Both the position numbers and the translations under genes were made by a program. Source: Conidiobolus incongruus B7586 (taxonomy: Eukaryota). From it: 20,000 nt of DNA. The DNA lies in contig JNEM01013820.1 of the NCBI GenBank assembly GCA_000697335.1, forward strand, positions 50,221 through 70,220, in the 5' to 3' direction. Below, one piece after another: positions 1-11,849 of this stretch. How positions within the stretch are numbered: position 1 is the first letter of the stretch; every line of letters starts with the position of its first letter. The notes below the pieces were generated by a model. It worked only from the letters and a program-made list of their open reading frames with translations, was not told where the DNA came from and ran no database searches.

Positions 1-3000
1 ATTTGATATAAAATTACATTTGCTGTATTACATTTATATACCAGAATATCTAGATCTCAAAGATCCTAACCAAATAGCGCTTTTGGACACTTTATCTTCT
101 TTTAGTGGTAAATTCAAATTAAAATCCTTTGAGATAGTTTATCCCTTTCAATTTAAGCTAAAGCGCAATCTCTATGATCTCTGACGGATATGAATTTTTA
201 TTAATTGAATTAGATAATAATTTGCAAGATTTGAAAAAATATCTCTTGCTGCTGTTATTTAATAATTGTAATAGATTCAGCTCCTATTAGGTTTATTTTT
301 CATCTCGTTTATAATCTAAATTAATATTTGATAATTATTTGTTTCAATTACGTTTTATTTTCTACCTATACTTATGTTATTGGTTTAAATAAGCTCAAAT
401 TTATTGGTTTTAAATATTGAATGATGATATTGAGTTGAAAATTTTGATTTAAAATCAGCCACCCAAAATTCAAATAATATTTCAAAATTAAAATTAATGG
501 GTAATATCCAATAAACTTAATTTATTAGTTTAATATAATCAATAAAAACACCCCAAAATTTAAAAAATTTGATATGACATAATTCCTTATTAAGAAGTTT
601 TACAAAATTACTACAATCTTTTCATATATTTTTCAATATTACCAAATTAAGTAATGTTAATTTAATTTATCATTTTCAAAACATTAAAATTTTTATCCCA
701 AATTTGACCTGAATTATATTCAAGTTTCAATCTATTTGCCAATTTTCGAAAAATATTTGAATAGGGAGAATTTATTCGAATATAGTATAAGTTTTACCTG
801 TATAGCCTATACTATGTTAAATATTTATTTTATTGATAAATAATACCAGAAGACAGTAATCAATGTGAATAATAAAATGAAAAAGTATGGTGTTATAATT
901 ATCAAATTAGCATCCAAAATCCTTCTGCAACTTGTACAATATAACAAATATTAATCCTTAGCAATTAGACTAAGGTGAATATATTAATTAAAAGATAGGG
1001 TGGCAGTTCAAATTTATCCTTGAGTTATTTTTTACAAAAGCGTTTGTGCTGAAATTCAAGTTCAATTTAGTATTAATTTTACCGATTCTACAATATTTAG
1101 TAATGAATGAAATCATGTTGATATTGAGTACCAATTTGCGTATATTCTCAGGGATATTGAGTTGGATTCTAATCAAAGACATTGAACAATATACATTATA
1201 AGTACCAAATTGTTTATATTATTTTAAGGTAAATTAAGGGATTTCAAGTAAATAGTCATAGAATTGTCGATCAAATAATTTTATATACAATATAAATTCA
1301 TATCGGGATTATATTCCATAATAATTTCAAATATTATTTAGAATTATACCGTATTGCGGATATTTTTATTCAAACTCACTAGAATCTAATAAAAGGTAAC
1401 TTTATCGAATTTGGCAATCCTTGCCAAAAATGAACTCGTTTGTACTATATTTGGGTTTTAGCGACAATTTACTTAAAAACATTCTTTAAAATATTAAATA
1501 TAATATCAATTTTATCATTTTACATTAATATTTATTAAACAAATATAAGATTATCTCATTATAACAAAGAAAGTGATAATTAGCATCAAAGATTTAATAT
1601 GGTAATTTGTTAAAGCATCATACACACGATTAAATTTGAATCATGGTAATATTATATAATATTGAAAAAAAATATCAATCATAATAGGAATCATTAAATT
1701 TTATTAAGTAATTCTCATTGCAGTTATAGTGTTTACTATTATTAAAAATATTAATGGAATGGATATAGAATAATATTTATCAGGTAAATATTAATATATA
1801 TCACACCTTAACCTGACTTCTAGATTTTCACAGCCTGATTAAATGATTGTTTGAGTGCATCATGTTTGTATAGTTCTTTGGAATAATATTTCATATATAA
1901 TACTACTATGAAATGTAATTTTACTATTAAAAATTATTGGCTCCAATTTTCCTTTTCAAAATTTAAAGTTCTACTCATATGGAGTTTATTCTTGCTAAAT
2001 ATAAATATTTTCGACTAAGTAAATTAGAAATAGACTACCAGTTAATATCAACTCTCGACCAGTTAACTAGCCAAATAATGATAACAAGACTTGAATATCA
2101 TTTGATATATCTATGTACTAATCATTTTTTTAAAAACAATAATAATACTATTCAACCGATTATCTTTCTAAATCAAAATAGAAAAACAATTATCTAGTTT
2201 TATCATTCAAAAATTTTAATATCTATTCAATAAATAATAAGTTCCAAAAAGATTTATGAATCTTGTTTAATTAAATGGAATTGATATTACCAAATATTGG
2301 AATATATATCCAAAGATAGTTAATTTGATTGATATCATACTTTCAATTGAGTACAAACCAATCTACATTTATTGATATTTATTTCTATTAAGTATATATT
2401 TTTTATCCAATTATTTTAATGAATATATTAACATGCTAGTGTAATAATATCTATTTTAAAGTAGGTTAAATCTCTTATTTGGTTTAGGGTCCGAACTAAG
2501 ATTAACGAATAGGAAAAGAAATGGATAAATCCAAGCAATCTCTATATCCAGCCTTATATATCATTAAACAAAGCTTCCATTCTACTAATTAATAAATCAT
2601 GGCTATTGATTTAACAGTGTTTTTTCGGAATTTTTAGACTAATTTTCTATTTTTGATTTTTCGAAAATGAATAAAAATGTAAATTAAATTATTCAGTATA
2701 TATTTTGCCCACAAAATAATAGTTATCAATTAGCACTAGTTGTATTAAAGTTACTAAAGAATATATAGTAACATCATTGATGTCAACCTGTATAATATAT
2801 TATTTTCATTAAAATTAATTATATCATTTTTTCTGTGATGATAAACTGAATAAATTGAACTTATATCATTTGAATTAATATTCAATTTTTAATAAATATT
2901 AATTAGATTATATTTGAAATTTTAAAATCATTGATGTTTTCAACATGAATTCAAATATCATATATATCACTTTTAGGAAAAACTATACAGAATATTATAT

Positions 3001-4511
3001 CAAAATATATTTTGCATTGTTCGGAATTGATAGTTCAACCATTATGAAATATTAATTGTAAAGGGATTAAATGCTATATTCTTCAAAGCATAATATTCCA
3101 CTTTAAAAATACATGATACCTAACTATTTTAATTGATATTTCAACTATTTTGGAAGTGAAATAACTAGAATTTTCAATATTTTATAGTATTGTTCTTATA
3201 ATATTTCGAAAATCTAGCATTGAGGCCAAATTATCATACGATATACTAATATTATTAAATAATCATCCTTATTTTATTATAAATATTTAATTATCAAATG
3301 ATTAATCAATATTTGATTAAAATTTGTAAATTTATAAAATATTTTTGATTAATTTGAAAATATAAAGGGTGATATTAATAAAATCAAATAATTAATATTT
3401 TCATTATATCTCCATTAAACATAGAATTGATAATATCAACCCTCACATTTATTCAATCATTATTGGTGAATTGAATATTTTCATTTATGGATTCATAACA
3501 ATAACAATGCCTAATATTATATCAGTAATGAGTGTCTGTTAAATAGATATATAAGAATGATCAATAATTTAATCAACTTGAAATATATTGAAATAAAATC
3601 ATATTTTGAATACTGCGACCTAATTCATTTCTTTTAATATCTTCCTTGGTATATAAATTCACACAATGGCATTATTAAATATTTGTTAACATTACCTCAT
3701 AAGTGATTATAGCCAAGATGCTCCCATTTATCTATAAAATTTTCAATTTATTTCAATGGAATATATCAAAAATCAAAATCGGAAAATCAATAGCATTTGT
3801 CATTCAGCATATAAATATTGTATATAGCCAAATATCCTGATTATTGGTATTATTATCATAACTTATATGATTAGATACTATAAATACAAACTAAAGAAAT
3901 CCAAAAAAAATTAACAATATTTGAAATTTTATTAGAGTTCAAAAAGGGTAATACTTAGAATCTCTCATATTTTAAACTGATATGTCTGCTCACAGATTGT
4001 CATTTTGTATTCAATTTAAGTCAAATATCCATCATCGTTAAAATATACTTTGATTTTATTAAAGCATCAGTTCGTTTTATATAATTAATAACGAATATAT
4101 AAATTGTTGATGAATTTTCAATCAACAATAAAAACTAATAATAAACATTGATATGAATAAAGACTATCTCAATTGTTCAGGTAATTAAATCATTCTCATC
4201 AACTAAACCTGTAATATATAAATAGAACAATTTTAATATTACCCAGTTTATTAATTGATAATATATACCCTTAATTGCCAATTTATATTTTTTTTATTAG
4301 ATAATATTTTGTTGACTGTATTATTAAATATTTTTAACATATTGGCATTAGTGAATTCTTTCATAATTTTCCCTAAGTTGGAAATCCTTTCATTAAGCTT
4401 TATTGTTTAAAATACGTTTATAAACTGCCATTTTCAATATTGTTCAATTTAGTTTATTGATGTTTGAACAACTCATTTTCGCTTGTTAATAAATTTGGGT
4501 ATTTTTATTCA

Positions 4512-5485
4512 ATGAAAGAAAAATCTAAAGTTATTAAAAAGAAAAGTACTTTTATTCAAAAGTTGTATAGGTAATAAACTTAAAATTGGTGTAAGATTAT
4601 ATCAAATTAAATCAAATGGATTAGGTTGATCGAAGAGAATGCCAATACCAGACTAATATACTGGAATGAAAAGGGAACGGAAATTAAAATTGAAAATATT
4701 CCCAGATTTGAAAGAGAAGTATTGGATCAATATTTCAAGAACAGCTCTATCGCTTCTTTTATTCGTCAACTGAATGTAATAACCTATAGAAAACTTTATA
4801 CTTAATAATATCTGACATTTATTCTCTATAGATATATGGATTCAAAAGAACCAGCGATGGTCGAAGGCATAGGAAAGATGCTGGCAGATTGACATGCTCC
4901 TTCAAACATGAAAAATTCCTCAGAGACAGGCCAGATTTAAGGAGTCAAATCACTAGGCAAGTATTCGTTGGAAAGACTGTCTCTAATACAACCACAGGGA
5001 ATAGCTATTCCCCTAATTTCTCTGAAACAGATAGGCATGATACACCTTTACTGGCTTCTAACGCTTTTCAGTTTTCAGATATTATGCCAATGTGTAATGA
5101 TGATTTATATACGAACACTCTTTCCAATTTTGATTCCAAAGATCTCAATCCAATTCCTTCCAACTTTTCGAAAGACAACTATACTAATTTTTGTATCTCA
5201 AGGTTAGAACAGATAAATGCACAATTCACACAGCTGCAGGAAGAATTTGAACTCCTTAACGAACAATTACACAACTCCACCCATATTCCTACTCCATATA
5301 CCATCCATCACAATACGTATATCAATCTCAATTGGAAGCATGATTCCCCGACGGCCAACCAAATTGGATATGTTTATTCAATTCCAACTCTACCATCTTA
5401 TCACTGCTCACCTGATTCAATTAACCACCCAGAATACTCCCCTATCCATTTTAACTTGGATTTACACCCTGAAATGTATCCATAG
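4512..5485 (+). CDS. HSF-type DNA-binding domain transcription factor, 3 exons: join(4512..4570,4625..4775,4832..5485), 287 aa
   Basis: Manual splicing gives MKEKSKVIKKKSTFIQKLYR|LIEENANTRLIYWNEKGTEIKIENIPRFEREVLDQYFKNSSIASFIRQLN|IYGFKRTSDGRRHRKDAGRLTCSFKHEKFLRDRPDLRSQITR... This matches the HSF winged-helix signature (F..KLY, I.W...G, YFK.....SF.RQLN.YGF.K, F.H..F.R.RP.L). Exon 3 is in frame with track ORF 4889..5485, and the total of 864 nt is divisible by 3. A short heptad/coiled-coil segment (ISRLEQINAQFTQLQEEFELLNEQL) lies in exon 3. Confidence 0.92.
4571..4624 (+). other. Intron 1 of the HSF-type gene (54 nt, phase 2)
   Basis: GTAATAA...TAG boundaries. Removal joins AG+G (Arg) and continues the HSF domain in frame. 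Confidence 0.88.
4776..4831 (+). other. Intron 2 of the HSF-type gene (56 nt, phase 0)
   Basis: GTAATAA...TAG boundaries and a CTGAC branch-point-like motif at 4812-4816. Removal restores RQLN|IYGF. Confidence 0.9.
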
Positions 5486-8400
5486 CTGATACTTTCAAAT
5501 TGTATATTTACTATTTGTTATTAAAATATCAGATAAAATCCCTTGCACTCAAACATTAACAGTATTTTTGTCTATATAAAGTAACTACAACAAATAACTA
5601 ATATCCACTAATATATTGAACCAGTTTCAAAATTTGAGGATTATAATGTATTAGTATACCATGATAAACGTATGATTACATCAAATATTCAATTCCAACC
5701 CTATCTAAACTATTAGTCAATTGCTTTATTTAAGATAGAAATAAAATATTATGAATTAAAGTTATTCTTTGAATACCTATTATAGAATTATATTTTAATA
5801 TATTTCCCTTTCATCAATAAATTTTATTTTTTGTTAAAATCTTTTAATAAATTGTGAAATTTAATTTTAATTTTAATTTTAACAATGTGGTTTTATAGAT
5901 AGTAAACCGCCCGATCATCTTTGCCTCATCATCTATTTCCTTATGATGATGTTACCTCAGAAGGCAAATTACTCTAAAGGTTTCATTCTCTAGAAGGCCT
6001 ATCTCACCTCTAGACACTATCTTTAGCCAACGATTATACTATAAAAGAATTGATGCCATAAGTTTGACCATAGGAGGACAGTGGTCCGCTCACAAGATAA
6101 TAATATCCTTTTATCTTCTAAATAAAGCCTTTGATTTAGTACTGTCACTTACTAACAGTAGCTTACCTGCCTCAGCTACTTATTTTATACATTGCTAGTA
6201 ACTGGCATTGTAATAACATAATCACAAGGTACCAAATATAAGTAACAAATTTAAATGAACTTATCATATTTATATTCATTAAAAATATATTTAAATGAAC
6301 CATATTATATAAATATTTTATTATATACATGATTCAATTTTAATTAGTTTTTAAAATGATATCTTTTATTAGGAATTTTAATTAATTTTAAAGAATTTTC
6401 AAATATTATAAGTTAAAATTATAGATTTATAAAAGGTATGATTCAAGATTAACTGATTGGCATTATAAAATATTATGCAGAGATATACCTAATAATTCAT
6501 TATTAAAATAGATCTTTGACTAAGATATATTTAGCAATCAATGAGAGTGTAGTATTATCTAATGATATGAGGGATTGTTATAGTATTATTAATATTTTCA
6601 AATCAATACAAACAATTATGTAATTAAAAATTAAATTTTAAATTTAATAATTTAAATATTATAGATAATTTATCAATTTCTCCGAAAGATTAAAATTGTT
6701 CAAAATTTCAATTATAAAATTAGAAATTAAATTGAAATTACAGGCATAATTTAATTTGAAATATAAATGTCATTTTAATAAATGGTTGATTCAGGTTAAA
6801 AGTATAAAATCCGAATAGGTAATTAACATTTTTGAGGTGTATTTGATTAGGATTTATCATTTTAATTATTCCAAAAAAATCATTTCAGAAAATTATGAAC
6901 TCTAGAATTCAAGGTTTAATCGGATAAGGGCGTTGAATTCTTGATTATTATTTCATAGTAAATATAAGTATAATTGGTATGTAATTGAATAACTAATATT
7001 GTTTCATATTTTAATAGCATTGAAATTATTTTTCCAACTTTATACTTTACAATTCGCATATGCTATTAAAATGATTAATAAATTTATTCATATAAACATT
7101 GCTCTTGTTTATTTCAAGAAAGTATATAATATCCTCTATACATCATTAAAGTAATTTTTAAATACTATAATTTGGGTTTAATTCCACTATTGAGTAATGA
7201 CACAACTAGAATATCAAATTTTAAGTAATTTTGATTTTTATTAAAATTTATTACTATACTTTTAATAATTAATATTAAAAATTTTGAATATTTTAATTTT
7301 TTCTAATTCACTTATTAATATTATTAAAAAGTATATAATTTCAAAGCTATAATTCACATATTGATCAGTATATTTTTAGTTATATTATACTGTGATATAT
7401 TGATACACTAAATTTATATAATAATCCTTATCAAAATAAAACCTTAATTTTGTTAATCAATCAAATCAATCTAAAAAATGTACTTGATTTTATATCAATA
7501 AAGACATATATAAACTTCATTGATATTATATTTTAAATGCTTATAAAAGTTTAATTTAAAAAGTACAATAGAAAGAATAGATACGAACCAGGAATATTTT
7601 TGGTTATATTAATTGATACTTTGTTACATATAATAACTCATAAACCCCCCATCCACATAAAAATTTGAATTAAATTTTAATACTAATATATTATCAAATG
7701 ATATTTGTCACAAGTATTTCAAACTCTAATTATTACATTTAAATTTATAAATATAAGTATCACTTTTATCATATATTAATACCTGATATTATAATATTAT
7801 TTTTTGCAGAAATAGAATCAAGCAGTCTATATTTAATCTAATTAATTCAAAATTTTGTTTATTAAATATAAATCAAAATTCACTCAAAATTAATCAATTA
7901 TTCTCATTTATATTATTTTGATATTTTATTATAATTTTTTAAATGATTTTAATATATTATCTCACTTATAATAACAAAATATAAAACTTTTCTTTAATAA
8001 TATTTATGATTACTAATATCATACTTATTATTCATATCTTGATTTTTTTAAAGATACACCGATCATCGTTTTTAATATTATAATTGATTTCAGATCATAC
8101 AAATTATAATAATCAAGTTAAAGTGAATTTATATTTTCTATAAATTTCTAGTAGTTTAATAGTATATTAAATGTTTAATGATATACAAATAATACAAAGC
8201 ATTAAATTAAAAAAAATAATATTTAAATTAAATTTTTCATATATTAATAGTAATTTAGTTAATAAAAAAATTTTTTTAATGTTATATATTGAAAAGAAAT
8301 GATAAAACTACAATTAAAATATGGTTTGAATCAATAATATCAAGTAATATTTACTAAGATAACTGCATAAATATAACTTAATTAAGATATTTTACCTTTG

Positions 8401-9120
8401 TATTTAATAGAATCAACAGTATTATACAAATACAAAATTTCAAAAAAAAAATAATTTAAGTTTTGATTGTTATACTTTTTAAGAATCTCTTTAGTTTACG
8501 GATATGACATCTATATCAAACATTTAAAAGTTTATCTTGTGAAATGATAGTTTTCATTATGATCTTCATACATTATTAAATCAAATACATATATTAATTC
8601 TAACTTTGACTTAAGTTTGATTATGTCAAGTCGAATAAAATCAAATACAAAAATTAATGCATCTTGAAATAACATACTAACAATAACTAATAGATATAAT
8701 GATATTTGAAATTATACAATGTATTGATTTGAAATATAATTTAAATCATTAAATCTATTTGATCAATGTACCTATAAATATAGAATTTTATCTGTGTTAG
8801 ATTGAATAATTATTATATTAAAAATGATATCTTTAAGATAAAAAAATTCAAATATAAAATCATAAATTTGATAAAAAAAAATCTTTCAATAAATAAATAA
8901 AATATTTATAATGATACCTTGAAAAAAATCATATGTACAAAATTACTGAATTCATCATATAGCGAAACCCGTGGTAATATAAGTGGATATTACGAGTATA
9001 TAAAGTTATCACAAATATTGATACAAAAATTTCAAATTAATCAAATGTTCAAATTGAAATCAGATGCTCCTAAAATTTAATTAAAATTGAATATAATTTT
9101 TGTTTAGTTAATAAAATTGA

Positions 9121-9597
9121 TTAATAAAAGATAGGGTTCTTCTTTTCATGAATGGGTTCCAAATGTTCAGGAGCATCAGGAATAGTTTTAGTGAGGTTAA
9201 AAGCCTTCAAAACACAGCTATTAAATTTACGCTCAGCAGGTCTACAGTAATAAAATTCCATATTGTTCTTATCTAAACACTTCCAGTGTTCTTCGTATTC
9301 GGGACCACACTTTTCTTTTAATTTGGCGAGAAAATCGGTCGCACAGCGAGTAACGCGGCGGCCTTCTTTTAATGAGTGAGCTGGATCGGGATTTTCAGCT
9401 TTGCTCAACATGAAATCTTCAAAGTAGGGACGGCAGTATTCGCCCAAGAAAAAGGAAGCTGAGAGAAGGGGAGCGGAAGTGGCACCAACTTCATCAACGT
9501 GAGGGATGGTATTTGGCATAGGAGTAGGATCGACATGTTTGCCTTCAATACGGAAATCATAGGCTGAGGTACCGTGAGGAGAACTACCTGCTGACAT
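9121..9597 (-). CDS. NDUFA8: NADH:ubiquinone oxidoreductase (complex I) accessory subunit, NDUFA8 / fungal 20.8-kDa family, 158 aa, intronless
   Basis: Fungal-type motif DPTPMP..IPHVDEVGATSAPLLSASFFLG..C, the KEGRRVTRCA motif, and CX9C spacing (C97-C107, C118-C128). GC and CpG content are clearly higher than in the flanks. Confidence 0.95.
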   Translation of the reverse strand: MSAGSSPHGTSAYDFRIEGKHVDPTPMPNTIPHVDEVGATSAPLLSASFFLGEYCRPYFEDFMLSKAENPDPAHSLKEGRRVTRCATDFLAKLKEKCGPEYEEHWKCLDKNNMEFYYCRPAERKFNSCVLKAFNLTKTIPDAPEHLEPIHEKKNPIFY

Positions 9598-10014
9598 TTT
9601 TAATTAATCTATATAATTTATTTCATGATTAATAAATTATTATGATTTATTATATTGTAAAAATTAATTACTTTAATAATTTAATTTAATCTCACTTGAC
9701 TTTTATTTTTACAAATATAATTAAATATAAATATGGAATGAATTCTTATTAAAATTTGTGGGATTTGAGTTTAATCCATTTATCAATTTGATTTGTTTGA
9801 TTGATAAGATTGATCAAATTCTGAATACATTTAAAGTTGAACATTTAATAGAATATTCACATCAAATAAAATGAAAGCAACTCTACTATATGCGAATTAA
9901 TAATCCATATTAAACTTCAATAATTTCATATTGTATATTTATTATTATGTTAGGTTGAGAATGAAATAATGATCATTTTAGAACTTTTATTATGAATTGA
10001 ATTCTAAGTATATT

Positions 10015-10016
<2 letters not shown>

Positions 10017-10056
<40 letters not shown>
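10017..10056. repeat. (AT)20 microsatellite
   Basis: Perfect AT dinucleotide run of 40 nt, about 420 bp upstream of the NDUFA8 start codon. Confidence 0.95.
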
Positions 10057-10061
<5 letters not shown>

Positions 10062-11433
10062 ATCCAATAGCCTTCATAATTGAAAACTAATTCAGCCCAT
10101 ACTTTGTGAAAATATCTGAATCCAATATTCTACTTTTTTATTTAAGTTATATAATTTAACTTTCAATTAATATCAGTTAATTTTATAGCTTTTGACAATT
10201 AAAATACTTTTTCTATAATCCTAAAATAATGTTAGTAAAAATGATCATGATCAGGAGAATATTATAAACGTGATAGCCTTGACTACTTTTCAATTAATAG
10301 GTTTTTAACTAGTTTAGAGTTATGGTTACTTATATTACCATGCAAAATTATTGGCTTTTCAATTTAATATTAATTACCTTGAAATATAATACCTCAGAAT
10401 CAAAAAAAGATAAATTTTTCAATCACATTATTAGTCTCAGAAAAAAAACATATATAGATATATATAATGTTTTTTTTCTTTAAAAATTTACTTTTGAAAA
10501 TTTATTGTTTAATTTAATCATACTTAAATTAAAAAGTGATTTTCAAAAATTTTTATTTTAATATGAATAAAACTTAACCATAAACTTTTTAAAATTATTT
10601 AAGATTTATAAATAATATTTAAAAGTAGTACTTTATTTAAATTAACTGTTTATCATTAGATTAATTACTTTAAAGTCAAAACAAAAACTATTTAAAACTT
10701 GTTAAATTTTTTAATAAAAAATTAAATCAAGCTATCACTTATTTAATTATAATTAAAATAAACCAATATATTAAAAAACACCAGATTATTTTGGTTAAAG
10801 AGTTACTAAAATATTTCTGTACTAGATATACAAGTGTTGTATTTCAAAATTAATTATCTCTTCTAGTTTGATAGCTAAACCAATATTATTTCTATTTTAA
10901 GCTGACTTTGTCAGTCTATAATTAAAGGATACTCTTTGTTCTCTTTATTTTCTTTATTAGATTTTATCTAAATCCTATATCATTCATTGATTCAATTATT
11001 TAAACCCAACAGTGATAAAGATAAAGAGGAAGTTTTTTTTTCTTTTGGATATTTTGCTACAACACCTCAACAGTAAGTTTTCAAACCTACAGTCCCAATA
11101 TGTTAAAGAGCAGGATTAATAAATAATTTACTAAATTATATTTTGAGTATTTTTCTAACTACAATCTTTATTTATAAAACTTAATATAAAACACAACACA
11201 AGTATATTATATATATTTAAGTTAAAATTTAAATTAATTAACAAAGTTATATAATAGTTATCTTATAATTTAACTGAAGATTAAAAATAAGCTAAAGTAA
11301 TTATAATTAAACAAAGCTTATCAAAGTATAAGTATTTATTAAAGCTTTTATAATAAATTTTTATAATTGATAAATAATAAATCCTATTATATAATTCTAT
11401 ATTAAAATATAAATCAAAATGATAGGTCAAGAT

Positions 11434-11438
11434 AAAAT
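11434..11438 (+). repeat. Target-site duplication, left copy (AAAAT)
   Basis: Abuts the 5' LTR and is identical to 17156-17160. Low complexity, but it sits exactly at both homology boundaries. Confidence 0.85.
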
Positions 11439-11838
11439 TATTAAGAGACTAGTTCTCTAAATTCTTATATACACTTTCATATAATCTAATTAACTATTAA
11501 TTATATGATTAATTTATACTTCTATAGTTAAATTAATTGTATAAATAGTATTAAATCATTTAATAAACTAGGTTCTTTTTTTTTCTTCTCAATTCTTACT
11601 ATTTTTTACTTTTACATTATTTCTAAGATTGAGACTATATTCTATTAATATTATAAGATATTAGCACTACCTAATATAAATCTTAATATATTAGTGACTT
11701 ATCCTAGTTTAAAGCTTAATTAAACTTTGTTTACACTTGCACATTATAGCTATATTATATTACTATATTCTATACCACACTACTTTTATATTAAGTTTTC
11801 CTCTACACTATATTAGTTTAACTACCACTACACTTATA
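11439..11838 (+). repeat. 5' LTR (400 bp; termini TA...TA, inferred from TG...CA)
   Basis: Runs TATTAAGAGACTAG...CACTTATA. Aligns without gaps to 16756-17155 with 28 mismatches by eye. Confidence 0.95.
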
Positions 11839-11849
11839 TAATAACAGCA
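11839..11849 (+). other. Decayed primer-binding site, probably for initiator tRNA-Met
   Basis: TAATAACAGCA lies directly after the 5' LTR. It can be derived from TGGTAGCAGCG by G>A changes alone. The tRNA identity is an inference. Confidence 0.55.

Noticed and set aside
988..1182. 64-aa minus-strand ORF
   Set aside because: I/N/K/L-biased and without a recognisable motif; expected by chance in AT-rich DNA.
1979..2197. 72-aa plus-strand ORF
   Set aside because: Background composition, no motif and no supportable exon structure.
3168..3177. Two-unit heat-shock-element-like AGAATTTTCA upstream of the HSF-type gene
   Set aside because: Only two nGAAn units, and the same word recurs elsewhere (e.g. 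near 6392); chance level.
4889..4891. TTG start of the 198-aa track ORF
   Set aside because: An internal Leu codon of exon 3; the HSF domain continues upstream across two introns to the ATG at 4512.
4968..5489. ORFs 4968..5207 and 5217..5489
   Set aside because: Alternative frames overlapping exon 3 of the HSF-type gene.
8975..8993. Small GTAATAT/ATATTAC hairpin downstream of NDUFA8
   Set aside because: A 7-bp AT-rich stem is expected by chance; no tRNA or ncRNA fold is evident.
10439..10479. 13-bp perfect inverted repeat AGAAAAAAAACAT/ATGTTTTTTTTCT
   Set aside because: Mostly an A8/T8 homopolymer pair; too short and low-complexity to call a MITE.
11540..11567. TATA-like and AATAAA motifs within the LTR
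   Set aside because: Position is plausible, but they cannot be distinguished from mutation-generated AT words.
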